Assembly (NCBI GenBank): GCA_963842525.1
Contig: CAWJGT010000003.1
Location: 896,001-960,000 of the forward strand
Origin: an uncultured Holophagales bacterium
GTDB taxonomy: Bacteria > Acidobacteriota > Thermoanaerobaculia > Multivoradales > UBA5704
DNA length: 64,000 nt
Direction of reading: 5' to 3'
In this document: piece after piece, positions 38,597 to 50,056 of the stretch
Layout: each line of letters opens with the position of its first letter
Numbering within the stretch: the stretch's first letter is position 1
Notes under the pieces: generated by a model
What the model saw: the letters and a program-made list of their open reading frames with translations, nothing else
What the model was told of the DNA's origin: nothing
Database searches by the model: none
Position numbers and translations under genes: made by a program

Positions 38597-39514
38597 ATGA
38601 CGCAGGAACGACCGCGAGCCGTCCGCCTGGGGGGAGCCCCGGGCTATGCCCTCACAGTGGACCTGGAGGAGTGGTATCACACCTGTCTGGTCCCGAGCTA
38701 TGTGCACCCCGAGGACCGTCCGGACCTGCCGCAGGAGCTGGACCGGCTCCTGCCCGAGCTGCTGGAGGTCCTGGCCGCACACGGCTGTACGGCCACGTTC
38801 TTCGTGCTGGGCGAGGTGGCGAAGCGGCTGCCGCACCGCGTCCGCGAGATCGCCGCGGCGGGGCACGAAGTGGCGAGCCACGGGTATCTCCATCTGCGCG
38901 CCTGTGAGCGCTCGCTGCGCGATTTTGCTGGCGACCTCCGGAGGTCGAAGGCGCTGCTGGAGGACGTCGTGGGCGAGCAGGTCCTCGGTTTCCGCGCCCC
39001 GGAATGGTCGCTGCGCAGTCTGGACAGCGCCCGTCTCCCGCTGGTGGCCGAGGCCGGCTTCCTCTACGACAGCTCCCTCGCGCCATATCCCTTGTCCGGA
39101 CGGCTGAGCAATCCCCGTTTCGCCTCGCGCCTGGTCTGGGAGGGCACCGTCCGCCGGGACCTGCTGGAGTTTCCACCCCTCACCTTCGGCGGTGTGCTGC
39201 GGCTGCCCGCCGGGAGCTGGACCGGACGGATGGTCCAGCCGTCGACGCTGGCCGATGCGGCCCGGTCGCACCGCGCCGCGGGCGGGCTTCCCGTGGCGGT
39301 GGTGCATCCCTGGGAAATCTCGGGCCGGCCCACGCCAGGCCGGCTGACCGGCGTCGCGCGCTTCGTCCACGAGACCGGCCGGCTCCGCTTTGCCGCGCGC
39401 TTCCACGAGCTGTTGCAAGCGCTTCCCTGGACGACGGTGCAGGCCGCTTCCACCGGCCTGGCGGCCGCGGTCGAGACAGCGCTTCCGCTGCGGGCCGCGC
39501 GCCGGGCAGGCTGA
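38597..39514 (+). CDS. Polysaccharide deacetylase (DUF3473-type)
   Basis: LTVDLEEWYH, ATFFVLG, HEVASHG, GFRAPEWS, YDSS, HPWE. Confidence 0.88.
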   Translation: MTQERPRAVRLGGAPGYALTVDLEEWYHTCLVPSYVHPEDRPDLPQELDRLLPELLEVLAAHGCTATFFVLGEVAKRLPHRVREIAAAGHEVASHGYLHLRACERSLRDFAGDLRRSKALLEDVVGEQVLGFRAPEWSLRSLDSARLPLVAEAGFLYDSSLAPYPLSGRLSNPRFASRLVWEGTVRRDLLEFPPLTFGGVLRLPAGSWTGRMVQPSTLADAARSHRAAGGLPVAVVHPWEISGRPTPGRLTGVARFVHETGRLRFAARFHELLQALPWTTVQAASTGLAAAVETALPLRAARRAG

Positions 39515-39619
39515 CCGATCCGTTCACCCACAGTCCTGGCTGCTAGGAGACCAGCAGCAGACTTTTCAGGTGCCGTCTTATAGGCTCTGGATTGTGGGGG
39601 AGCGCGGGAGAGAGAGGGT

Positions 39620-39709
<90 letters not shown>

Positions 39710-39738
39710 GCCGGAGATTGTAGGGAGGAGGAGGAGGG

Positions 39739-41985
39739 ATGTCAATCACACTGCCAGGAGCCGAGGCGCCGCTACGGGAGCGCGCTTTTGCCCTGCTCGA
39801 CAAGGCGGGTCGGGCAGGGCTGGACTACGAGGATCTGCTTCGCGAGCTGGGCGGCGAGCCGGACGGGCTGAAGGCGGCCCTCCAGGGGCTCGAGGCCCGG
39901 AGCCGCGCCGTCGAGGTCGAGGGACGGTGGTACGCGGTCGAGCACACGCCGTGGGAGGTGGGGATCGTCGACCAGCTCGAAACGGGGGATGTCCTGCTGC
40001 GGCCGGGGTTTCGCCAGGAGCCGGGGGTCTTCATCCGCCGCCGGCAGCTCAAGGGGGCGCTCCACGGCGACACGGTACTGGTCCGCCTCCTGGGGAGGAA
40101 GGCCAAGGACGACAATTGGAAGCTCCCCGAAGGGGCCGTGCTCAAGATCCTTGCCCGCCGCTTCGAGACCCTGGTCGGCACGCTCGCGGCCGACGGCGAG
40201 GGGCGGCGCTGGCTCGAGCCATACGATGCCAAGCTGCCCGTCGAGTTGGAGGTTCTGGAGGCCGAGCAGGTCCCCGAGAGCCACTACGTCGTTGTGCGGG
40301 TCGAGCGCGGGCCGCAGCCGCTGGGCCACGTCGTCGAAGACCTGGGGAGCCTCGAGACTTCGGGGACGGACGTCAAGGTCGTCCTGCGCCATTACGGCAT
40401 CCCGGAAGACTTCCCGGCCGCCGTGATCGAGGCGGCGGCCTCCCATCCGCCCGATCCGCGGCCCGAGGACTGGGCCGGCCGCGAGGATCTTCGCGACCGC
40501 ACGGTCTTTACGATCGACGGTGTGACCGCCCGGGACTTCGACGACGCGGTCTCGATCGAGCGCCTGCCGAACCGGACCTTCCGCCTGGGAGTCCATATCG
40601 CCGACGTGGCCCACTACGTGCGCGAAGGGGCGCCCATCGACCTGGAGGCCTACCACCGGGGGACCAGCGTCTACTACCCCGAGCGCGCGATCCCCATGCT
40701 GCCGGAGGGGCTCTCGAACGGCCTCTGCTCGCTGCGCCCCGATGTGCCGCGCCTGACCCTCTCGGTCTTCCTGGACCTCGACCGCGACGGCCGCGTCCTC
40801 CACCGCCGTTTCGCCGAGACGGTGATCAAGAGCAGCCGCCGCATGACCTACGACGAGGTGCGCCGCCTCCTGGAGGAGCCGCAGCAGGGTGATTTGAACG
40901 CCTACGGTCCGATCCTCCTGGCCCTGCGGGAGATGGGCTTCCTGATGGATGTCCTCCACAACCAGAGGTTGCGGCGCGGCTCGATCGACTTCGACCTGCC
41001 GGAGGGGAGCGTCGAGCTCGGCACCGATGGGACCGTGGTGGGGATCATCCCGAGCCAGCGGCACGTGGCGCACCGGATCATCGAGGAATTCATGATCGCC
41101 GCCAACGAAGCGGTGGCGCATGAGCTCGAGATGCAGGGCATTCCGGCCCTCTACCGGGTGCACGACCAGCCCGATCCGGACCGGCTGGCCGACCTGCGCG
41201 ACGCGCTGCAACCGCTGGGGATCGATCTGCGGGGCAACTTCGACGCCCTGCACCCCGCGGCGCTCCAGGATGTGCTGAGCCAGATCCAGGGCAAGCCGGT
41301 GGAGGGGTTCGTCTCGTCGCTCGTCCTGCGCACGATGCAGCGCGCCCTCTACAGCCCGGAGTGCCGGGGCCACTATGCCCTCGCCTCGCGCTACTACACC
41401 CACTTCACCTCGCCGATCCGGCGCTACCCGGACCTGGTCGTGCATCGCGCCTTCAAGGCCTTGCTCCACGGCCGGATGGCCGAGCACGCGGCCTCGATGG
41501 CCGACCGGCTGGTGGACATGGGGGAGCACACGAGCCGCACGGAGCGGCGGGCCGAGCAGTCGGAGCGGGACCTCCTGCAATGGAAGAAGGTCCGCTTCCT
41601 GGCGGACCGGGTGGGGGAGACCTTCCGCGGCCGGATCACCGGGGTCCAGCCCTTCGGCCTCTTCGTCCAGCTCGACGAGCTGTACGTCGACGGCCTGGTG
41701 CCGATCCGGACCCTGGGGGACGACTACTACATCTATCACGCCGATTCCCATCATTTGGTGGGGGAGCGGACCCGGCGGGTCTTCCGCCTCGCCGACGCCG
41801 TCGAGGTCGAGCTGACCAGTGTCAACCTGCGCCGCCGGGGCCTGGACTTCAAGATCGTCGGCATGCCCGAGGCAAACGCCCGGCCCGAGTTGCCCCGTCC
41901 CAAGGAACGCACCGCGGACGGGCGGCGGGGGAGGAAGGGGACCGGCGAGGACCGCAGGGAGAAGCGGGAGCGAAAGCGGCGGTAG
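39739..41985 (+). CDS. rnr: Ribonuclease R
   Basis: TIDG.TARDFDDA, VHIADV, IEEFMIAAN, YTHFTSPIRRYPDL, S1 domain. Confidence 0.93.
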   Translation: MSITLPGAEAPLRERAFALLDKAGRAGLDYEDLLRELGGEPDGLKAALQGLEARSRAVEVEGRWYAVEHTPWEVGIVDQLETGDVLLRPGFRQEPGVFIRRRQLKGALHGDTVLVRLLGRKAKDDNWKLPEGAVLKILARRFETLVGTLAADGEGRRWLEPYDAKLPVELEVLEAEQVPESHYVVVRVERGPQPLGHVVEDLGSLETSGTDVKVVLRHYGIPEDFPAAVIEAAASHPPDPRPEDWAGREDLRDRTVFTIDGVTARDFDDAVSIERLPNRTFRLGVHIADVAHYVREGAPIDLEAYHRGTSVYYPERAIPMLPEGLSNGLCSLRPDVPRLTLSVFLDLDRDGRVLHRRFAETVIKSSRRMTYDEVRRLLEEPQQGDLNAYGPILLALREMGFLMDVLHNQRLRRGSIDFDLPEGSVELGTDGTVVGIIPSQRHVAHRIIEEFMIAANEAVAHELEMQGIPALYRVHDQPDPDRLADLRDALQPLGIDLRGNFDALHPAALQDVLSQIQGKPVEGFVSSLVLRTMQRALYSPECRGHYALASRYYTHFTSPIRRYPDLVVHRAFKALLHGRMAEHAASMADRLVDMGEHTSRTERRAEQSERDLLQWKKVRFLADRVGETFRGRITGVQPFGLFVQLDELYVDGLVPIRTLGDDYYIYHADSHHLVGERTRRVFRLADAVEVELTSVNLRRRGLDFKIVGMPEANARPELPRPKERTADGRRGRKGTGEDRREKRERKRR

Positions 41986-42012
41986 GACCGCTCGGATAGA
42001 ATCCCCGGCGTC

Positions 42013-43317
42013 ATGGCCCTGACCCCCACCGTCGCAATCGTCGGCCGGCCCAATGTGGGCAAGTCGACCCTCTTCAACCGCCTGGTGGGGCGGCGCAAGG
42101 CGATCGTCCATGACATGCCGGGGGTGACGCGCGACCGCATCACCGGCATTGCCGAGATCGCGGGGGACCGGCACATCCAGGTGGTCGACACCGGTGGGCT
42201 GATGCTCGGCGAGGACCCCCTGGGCCTCAGCCGGCAGGTCTTCCTCGCGGTGGAGGAGAGCGATCTCCTGCTCTTCCTGGTGGACGGCAGGCAGGGGCTG
42301 GTGTCCGCCGACGAGACGATCTGGGAGCGGCTGCGGCGGTACAACAAGCCGGTGATCCTGGTGGTCAACAAGGGGGACACGCGCGAGGCCCGCGAGCGGT
42401 TCCCGGAGTTCTACAGCCTGGGCATCGACCAGCAGCTCCTGGTCTCGGCCGAGCACGGTAGCGGCATCGAGGACCTGCGCGAAGCGCTCGCGCTGGCCCT
42501 GCCGGAGCTGCCCGAGACCCCCGCGCCGGACGCTCCGGCCATCGCCATCGTCGGCCGGCCCAACGTCGGCAAATCGTCGCTCCTCAACCGGATCTCGGGC
42601 TTGCCGCGCGCCCTGGTCTCGCCCATGGCGGGCACCACCCGCGATCCGGTCGACACCCTGATCGAGCGCGCTGGCAAGAGCTATCTGCTGATCGACACCG
42701 CCGGCATCCGGCGCCGCAGCCAGACCTCCGGCCAGCCCGAGGAGCTGGCGGTGATGATGGCGCGGCGGCAGATCGAGCGGGCGCAGGTCGCCGTGCTGGT
42801 GCTCGACGCCTCCCAGGGGATGACCAGCGGCGACATGGCCATCGCCGGCACCATCTGGGAGCTGGGCCGCGCCGCCGTGGTGGCGGTCAACAAGTGGGAC
42901 CTGCTGGACGACGAGGGACGGGAGCGGCTGGAGAAGTCCTACGAGAAGCTGCACGAGATGCTCGCCCAACCCGGCCGGGTCAACGTCTCGGCGCTGTCGG
43001 GCCGCGCAGTGGAGAAGCTGTGGGGCCCCATCGACCGCGCGCTCGGCGCCTACAACGTGCGGCTGGGGACCGGCCAGCTCAACCGCATCTTCGAGGCGGC
43101 CATCAAGAAGGTCGGTCCTCCCTCGCTCGACGGAGCGCACTGGAAGGTCTACTACACGACCCAGGTCTCGACCGCGCCGCCGACCTTCATGCTGTTCGCC
43201 AACCGGCTCCTGCCCCGGAACCACCACTACCGCCGCTACCTCGAGAACCGTATGCGTGAGGAGCTCGACCTGCCGGGCGTCCCCGTGCGGCTGGTGATCC
43301 GGAAGCGGACCGAATGA
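42013..43317 (+). CDS. der: Ribosome biogenesis GTPase Der
   Basis: Two GRPNVGKS G-domains plus a KH-like C-terminus. Confidence 0.96.
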   Translation: MALTPTVAIVGRPNVGKSTLFNRLVGRRKAIVHDMPGVTRDRITGIAEIAGDRHIQVVDTGGLMLGEDPLGLSRQVFLAVEESDLLLFLVDGRQGLVSADETIWERLRRYNKPVILVVNKGDTREARERFPEFYSLGIDQQLLVSAEHGSGIEDLREALALALPELPETPAPDAPAIAIVGRPNVGKSSLLNRISGLPRALVSPMAGTTRDPVDTLIERAGKSYLLIDTAGIRRRSQTSGQPEELAVMMARRQIERAQVAVLVLDASQGMTSGDMAIAGTIWELGRAAVVAVNKWDLLDDEGRERLEKSYEKLHEMLAQPGRVNVSALSGRAVEKLWGPIDRALGAYNVRLGTGQLNRIFEAAIKKVGPPSLDGAHWKVYYTTQVSTAPPTFMLFANRLLPRNHHYRRYLENRMREELDLPGVPVRLVIRKRTE

Positions 43318-43321
43318 CCAG

Positions 43322-43951
43322 ATGACCAAACCATTGCGGTGGGGCTCCGGCCCCCTCCTCCCGCTGCTCGCCGCGGCGCTGCTCGCCGGCGCCTGCAAGC
43401 TCCGGCCGGGAGACGGCGCCTCCCTCCGCGGCGGAGCGCAGGAGAAAGGGACGTCCGCCCTGATGGAGGAAGCTGCCCGGGCCCAGTACCGGCCGCCTGC
43501 GGACGGGCGCCTCGACGGCCGGCAGGTCGAGAGCTTCCTGGCGGTGCGGGAGCGTGCGCTGAAGATCCGTGAAGAGCGGCGGGAAGACCTCGCGACCGCC
43601 GACCTGCGCGCCGCCCGGGACTTGGGCTACAACCCGAAGGAGCTGCGGTGGATTGAGGAGCGGGTCCTCGAAGCCCGGGTCTCCCGCCTGGGTGAAGACC
43701 TCGACCAGCGGATCGATGCGAGCCGGCGGCAGTTCGTCGAAGATCTGCAAGAGGAGAGGAAGACGGTTACCGATCCGGTCCGAAGAGCGGAGGTCGATCG
43801 GCTCATTCGGCAGTTCAGCCCGAGATCGTCCAACCTCCCGCAACGGACGCGCCGGGGCTCAGTCGGTGAGGCCGTGCGTCACAATGCGGAGCTGCTGGCG
43901 CGGTACGAAGAGAAGCTCGAACGTCTGGAAGGGGCTCGAGCTGAGTTGTGA
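43322..43951 (+). CDS. Putative helical lipoprotein
   Basis: Lipobox LAGA-C, immediately downstream of der. Confidence 0.6.
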   Translation: MTKPLRWGSGPLLPLLAAALLAGACKLRPGDGASLRGGAQEKGTSALMEEAARAQYRPPADGRLDGRQVESFLAVRERALKIREERREDLATADLRAARDLGYNPKELRWIEERVLEARVSRLGEDLDQRIDASRRQFVEDLQEERKTVTDPVRRAEVDRLIRQFSPRSSNLPQRTRRGSVGEAVRHNAELLARYEEKLERLEGARAEL

Positions 43952-44473
43952 GAAGGAAGCTCACCCTCAGGTTGCGTCGCAGGCTCAAGGGATTCGGGTG
44001 CCTGTGTGGCTTCCTGATGCTCCGTCGGCGAAACCGATAAGACCGTGATCAGGTCAGCGAACCTTGTGAAGTCCTGTGCATTGAAAGTGAGAAGAGAACG
44101 AACACCGTGAATCAGCATGCAGGCGACGATGTTTGCATCATGGACCTGCTTCCCCGCGACTTCATAGCGCTCGACCAGCTCGATGAGTCGCGCCGAGACC
44201 GCAGAATCCTCTTGAATCACGTGAAGCTCCGACTGAAATGTGCGAACGTTGTCGAGCGCATCACGGAGCGTGGATTTATCGACCCTGCCCGCGTCGGGGC
44301 GAGTTGCCACAGCGAGATATTCTCTGACGATCTGTGTGCTGATGACGAGCTGCAATTCCTCGCCGGCGGGCGAAGCTCAGCAACGCCTCTGCGTCACGCT
44401 GCCACGGCGAACGAGCGTTCGTCGCATACACCAGAACGTTGGTATCGACGAACCACTTTTCAGCGGCCGTCAT
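43879..44473 (-). CDS. vapC: PIN-domain (VapC-like) toxin, frameshifted near 44360
   Basis: WFVDTNVLVYA in one frame. ISTQIVREY and GKQVHDANIVACM...LLTFNAQDF in the next. Confidence 0.75.
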
Positions 44474-44702
44474 CGCTGTAGATGTCTTCGCGGCGAAAGG
44501 CTGCGTCCGCGGGCCAGCCATTCAGATCGAGGAGCTTCAGCCGGAGGGGTTCCTTCGAGGTTTCCTTGCGAGGCAGGCGTATTACATCCTCGATGACCAG
44601 AATGGCCCGGTGCGTTCCAGGCACGACATTAGGCGGGGCTTGAGCCACGACACGTAGCTCCCCATCCTTGGCAACGACAGCCTGCGTCTCCAAGACCATC
44701 AT
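44460..44702 (-). CDS. Putative cognate antitoxin
   Basis: Small gene overlapping the PIN start, with the C-terminal FRREDIYSDDGR motif common in such antitoxins. Confidence 0.65.
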   Translation of the reverse strand: MMVLETQAVVAKDGELRVVAQAPPNVVPGTHRAILVIEDVIRLPRKETSKEPLRLKLLDLNGWPADAAFRREDIYSDDGR

Positions 44703-44793
44703 GGGTACCAAGTGTACGTCAGGCTTGGGCGACCAGCAAGCCACGACTCTACATATACTCTCCCGCGACATGAACACCTATGAGACACCTGGG

Positions 44794-45930
44794 ATGAGAC
44801 AACGCTGGGCGACCCGCCTGGTCTGCTCGCGGACGGGAGAGGCCGGCGAGCTCGACGCGCCGGCGTTTCTCTCCCCGGCTGGAGCGCCCTGGCTGGTCGA
44901 GTACGATCTGGATGCCGAGAAGGGAGAGCGGCTGCGGCGGGCCCTGCCGGACCGGCCGTGGACCCTCTGGCGGTACCGCGAGCTGCTCCCCCTTGCGCAT
45001 TTCGACGAGCGGGTGGACCTGGGAGAGGGGGGAACGCCCCTCGTCCGCCTGCGCCGCCTGGCTCCTCCGGGTGTCGAGGTGCTGGTCAAGGACGAGGCGC
45101 TCAATCCGACCGGCTCGTTCAAGGCGCGCGGGCTCTCCCTGGCGGTCAACCGTGCGCGGGAGCTGGGAGCGCCGGGGGTCCAGCTCGCCAGCGCCGGCAA
45201 TGCGGCCCTGGCCCTCACGGCCTATGCCGCGGCGGCCGGCATCCCGGCGCGGGTGGCGTTGCCGGCCGACACGCCGCGGACGGTCTTCGAGCGGTGCCGC
45301 GAGCATGGCGCCGAGGTGCTCTCTTCGCCAGGGACCCTGGTCGATGCCGCGAAGCTGTTGGGCGAGGGTTATTGGAACGTCTCGACCCTGCGCGAGCCCT
45401 ACCGCGCCGAAGGGAAGAAGACCATGGGGCTCGAGCTGGCCGAGCAGCTCGGCTGGGAGCTGCCGGACTGGATCGTCTACCCGCTCGGCGGAGGCACGGG
45501 GATCGTGGGCATGCACAAGGCCTTCGGCGAGCTGCGGCGGCTGGGTCTGATCGGCCCGAAGCGGCCTCGTTTCGTCGTGGTCCAGATGACCGGCTGCGCG
45601 CCGATCGTGCGCGCCTTCGCCCAGGGGCTGGATGCGGCGCCGGCCTGGGAGGACCCGCAGACGCAGGTCTGGGGCTTGCGGGTGCCGCGGGCGATCGGCG
45701 ATTTCCTGGTGCTCCGGGCGGTGCGCGAATCCGGCGGACGGGCGATCGCCGTGGACGAAGATCGCCTCCCCGAGGTGACCGGCCGCCTGGCCCGGCAGGA
45801 AGGGCTCCGTTTTGGACCCGAGGGAGCCGCCGCCTTTGCCGCGCTGGAGGACCTCGCCGCCGCCGGGGACCTCCAGGAAGGGGAGCGGGTTGTGGTCTTC
45901 CAGACCGGCGATCCGGCGAACTACGTGTGA
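44794..45930 (+). CDS. thrC: Threonine synthase (PLP fold II)
   Basis: LWRYRELLP, LGEGGTPL, NPTGSFKARG, SAGNA, EGKKTMG. Confidence 0.85.
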   Translation: MRQRWATRLVCSRTGEAGELDAPAFLSPAGAPWLVEYDLDAEKGERLRRALPDRPWTLWRYRELLPLAHFDERVDLGEGGTPLVRLRRLAPPGVEVLVKDEALNPTGSFKARGLSLAVNRARELGAPGVQLASAGNAALALTAYAAAAGIPARVALPADTPRTVFERCREHGAEVLSSPGTLVDAAKLLGEGYWNVSTLREPYRAEGKKTMGLELAEQLGWELPDWIVYPLGGGTGIVGMHKAFGELRRLGLIGPKRPRFVVVQMTGCAPIVRAFAQGLDAAPAWEDPQTQVWGLRVPRAIGDFLVLRAVRESGGRAIAVDEDRLPEVTGRLARQEGLRFGPEGAAAFAALEDLAAAGDLQEGERVVVFQTGDPANYV

Positions 45931-46967
45931 AGACCTTTCTCGACTCGCTCGTCTCCTCGGGGACCGCCACCGCCGTCGTGGGCCTGGTGGGCACCGCCGA
46001 TCGCATCCTCTGGGAAGCCGCGGCCGGCGAGGCGAGGCCTTCGGTTCCGGCGGAGGTGACGACCCGCTTCGACTACGCCTCCATCACGAAGCCGTTCGCG
46101 GCCACGTTGGCCCTGGTCCTGGATGCCGAGGGTATCCTGCCGCTCGCCGCCCGCCTCGGGGACATCTGGCCCGAGGCGCACCGGGATCTGGCCCGTACAC
46201 CGCTCTCCGACCTTCTCCGTCACCGCTCCGGCCTGGCCGCATGGGCTCCCCTGTACCACCTCTGCCGGTCCCGCGAGGAGGCCCAGAGGCTCCTGCTGGG
46301 CGGCGAGCTGCCGGGTGCCCGGGCCGAGACGTACAGCGACCTCGGCTTCCTCCTCTGGGGATGGACGGCCGAACGGCACACCGGCGAGCCTCTGGCTGCT
46401 CTCCTCCGCTCGCGCGTCCTCGATCCCCTGGGCCTCTCTGCGGTCGAGCCGGCCCCCGGCGATCAGCCGGACATGGCGGCGAGCCGGATGGACACGGGCA
46501 AGGAGGTGGACCTCGCGGCGAGCCAGGGGCTTGCGATCGAGACGCTCCCGCCGCCGCCCTTGGGCCACCCCCAGGACGGCAACGCCCGTTTCCTCCTGAG
46601 CCTCCCCGGCCGCTCCGGCCTTCTTTCGGGTCACGCCGGCCTTTTCGGCCGGGCTCGCGATCTCTGGGCTCTGGGCGCGGAATGGCTCGCGCCCCGGCGC
46701 TTGTTGGAACCCGGGGGCGTCGCTGGAGCTCTGGCCGGGGGAAGGCGCTTCACCCTGGGCTGGTTTCGCAGGAGCCTGCGCTACGGCGCCGGCCGGGCGC
46801 TCTCGCCCTCTACTTTCGGTCACACCGGTTTCGCAGGCGGCAGCGTCTGGATCGATCCTGAGAAGGGGCGGATCTTCGTCCTGCTCTCGTCGCGGATCGA
46901 TCCGCGCGCCGACGTGCACCGCTGGCGGCGGCAGTTCCACTCCCTGGCCGTCCGTACGGCGGGCTGA
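45927..46967 (+). CDS. Serine hydrolase, beta-lactamase family
   Basis: ASITK (SxxK), LLRHRSGL, YSD, GHTGFAG. GTG overlaps the thrC stop. Confidence 0.85.
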   Translation: MKTFLDSLVSSGTATAVVGLVGTADRILWEAAAGEARPSVPAEVTTRFDYASITKPFAATLALVLDAEGILPLAARLGDIWPEAHRDLARTPLSDLLRHRSGLAAWAPLYHLCRSREEAQRLLLGGELPGARAETYSDLGFLLWGWTAERHTGEPLAALLRSRVLDPLGLSAVEPAPGDQPDMAASRMDTGKEVDLAASQGLAIETLPPPPLGHPQDGNARFLLSLPGRSGLLSGHAGLFGRARDLWALGAEWLAPRRLLEPGGVAGALAGGRRFTLGWFRRSLRYGAGRALSPSTFGHTGFAGGSVWIDPEKGRIFVLLSSRIDPRADVHRWRRQFHSLAVRTAG

Positions 46968-47004
46968 ACATCGATAGAATGTTCTTTTGGAGGTACAGCG
47001 CAAG

Positions 47005-48188
<1,184 letters not shown>

Positions 48189-48192
<4 letters not shown>

Positions 48193-48944
48193 TCGACCTC
48201 GGCGGGGTCAAGGTGCTCGTGACGGGCGGCAGCCGCGGCATCGGAGCCGCGTGCTGCCGTCTCTTCGCCCAGGCCGGCGCGGCGGTCATGATCCAGTACA
48301 TGGCGAGCAGCGCCCGGGCTCGGCAGGTCCTGAACGACCTGGAGCAGATCTCCCAACAGCCGCACCGGAAGGTCCGCTGCGACGTCACCGAGCCGGAGCA
48401 GATCCGGCAGCTCTTCGACTCCGTCCGCAAGGAGTGGGGCGGGCTCGACTGCCTGGTCAATAACGCGGGCGTCTGGATCCATGACCCCTTGGTCGAGCTC
48501 GACGAGACGAAGCTGGGAGCCACCCTGGCGGTCAACGTCGTGGGCCCCTTCCTCTGTGCCCGCGAAGCCGTGCCGTTCCTCCAAAAGTCCCAGGACGGCA
48601 ACATCATCAACATCAGCTCGACCGCCGGGCAGCGGGGCGAGGCCTATTACAGTCCCTATGCGGCGAGCAAGGGGGCCATCATCTCGGCCACCAAGTCGTG
48701 GTCGTCGGAGCTGGCCCCGAAGATCCGCGTCAACGCCGTGGCCCCCGGCTGGGTCGACACCGACATGACGGCCGAGGCTCTTTCCGGCATACGGCGGGAG
48801 CAGGCTCTCGCCAGTATCCCCCTCCGCCGCGTCGCCACCCCCGAGGACATCGCCGGCCCTGTCATCTTTCTGGCCTCCCCCCTCGCCCATCACATCACCG
48901 GCGAGATCCTGAACGTCAACGGGGGGAGCGTGTTGGTGGGGTGA
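48189..48944 (+). CDS. SDR-family oxidoreductase (FabG-like)
   Basis: TGGSRGIG, NNAG, YAASK, VNAVAPG. Confidence 0.9.
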
Positions 48945-49715
48945 CGTTCCCCGTGGGCAGGCGGCTTTCGGTGGTCCTCGCGCTGGTCGCGACCTTCGGC
49001 CTGTCGGTCCTGCTCTTCGTCTATGCGAGCCGCCGGGAGGAGGAGGCCGTGCACCGGGTCTTCGAGGACCGGGCGCAGACCCTGGCCTCGGCTGTCCGTG
49101 TGAGCTGCGAAAGCCACCTGGAGGTCCTGATCTCGGTGCAAGCCCTGTTTTCGAGCGTCCCGGCGGTCGGCGGGCAGGAGTTCGGCTCGTTCGCGGCTCC
49201 GACCCTGCGCCGCCATGGACAGCGGCCGGATTCAGTTGCAGATGGCGGAAGTGGACCTCCAACTGTTGTTCGAGCAATCTCTGGAAGCGGTCCATCCCAT
49301 GGCCGACGAGAGGCGGACCGCGCTCGTCTCCTCGCCGGCCGGGGTCCGGTTGCTGGCGGATGCGGACCGCATCGTCCAGGTCCTGATCAACCTCCTTTCC
49401 AATGCCGTCAAGTTCTCGCCCCCGGACCGGGAGGTCCGTCTCTGGGCCGAAGAGAAGGAGGGAGGCTGGATGCGGGTCTTCGTCAAGGACCAGGGGCCGG
49501 GCATCCCGGATGGCTACCGGCAGAGGATCTTCGAAAGGTTCGCCAGGGTGGAGACCGCGGACAGCCAGGACAAGGGAGGGACCGGTCTCGGCCTCGCCAT
49601 CTGCAAGGTGATCGTGGAGCACCACGGCGGGAGCATCGGCGTCGACAGCGAGCCCGGAGTGGGAAGCACCTTCTGGTTCGATCTGCCGGGGGCCGAGAGC
49701 AATCAGACCAAATGA
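48941..49715 (+). pseudogene. Internally deleted CHASE-type sensor histidine kinase
   Basis: TM and the start of a CHASE-like domain (to about 49214) joined out of frame to HATPase_c (NLLSNAVKF, DQGPGI, GTGLGL). The HisKA H-box is absent. Confidence 0.65.
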
Positions 49716-49728
49716 CGCAGGATCTCCC

Positions 49729-49755
49729 CCCTGGGAGCGCCGGCGTCCCGCCGGC
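49729..49755. repeat. Single family B REP copy
   Basis: CCCTGGGAGCGCCGGCGTCCCGCCGGC is similar to 13652-13677. Confidence 0.65.
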
Positions 49756-49787
49756 CAGGCGTCATCAGCAACAAGACAGCCTGGGCT

Positions 49788-50024
49788 TCATCGATGCGCC
49801 AGTTGACGTCTTGCTTCGGCTCGGACTTCTTCCCAGGGGACGCCGGGCTCGCCGGCCAAGGCGGCTCGCGCCCGCCGCTCGATCTCGGCGATCCACTCGT
49901 CTTCCGTTCTCTTCTCGGCTGGGCGGGAAGCGAGACTGTGGAGAATGCCGTAGGCGAGCTCCTCCCTCTGATCTTCGGCCAGTTGGAGGGCTTCTTCCAG
50001 GAGCTGCGCAGCGGTCCTCGGCAT
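49788..50024 (-). CDS. Addiction-module antitoxin component (TIGR02574-like), orphan
   Basis: LLEEALQL....REELA..IL.SL, W.AEIERR, VPWEEV. Confidence 0.8.
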   Translation of the reverse strand: MPRTAAQLLEEALQLAEDQREELAYGILHSLASRPAEKRTEDEWIAEIERRARAALAGEPGVPWEEVRAEARRQLAHR

Positions 50025-50056
50025 AAGCGTAGCTTACCTGAGGACAGGCGCCGCAG

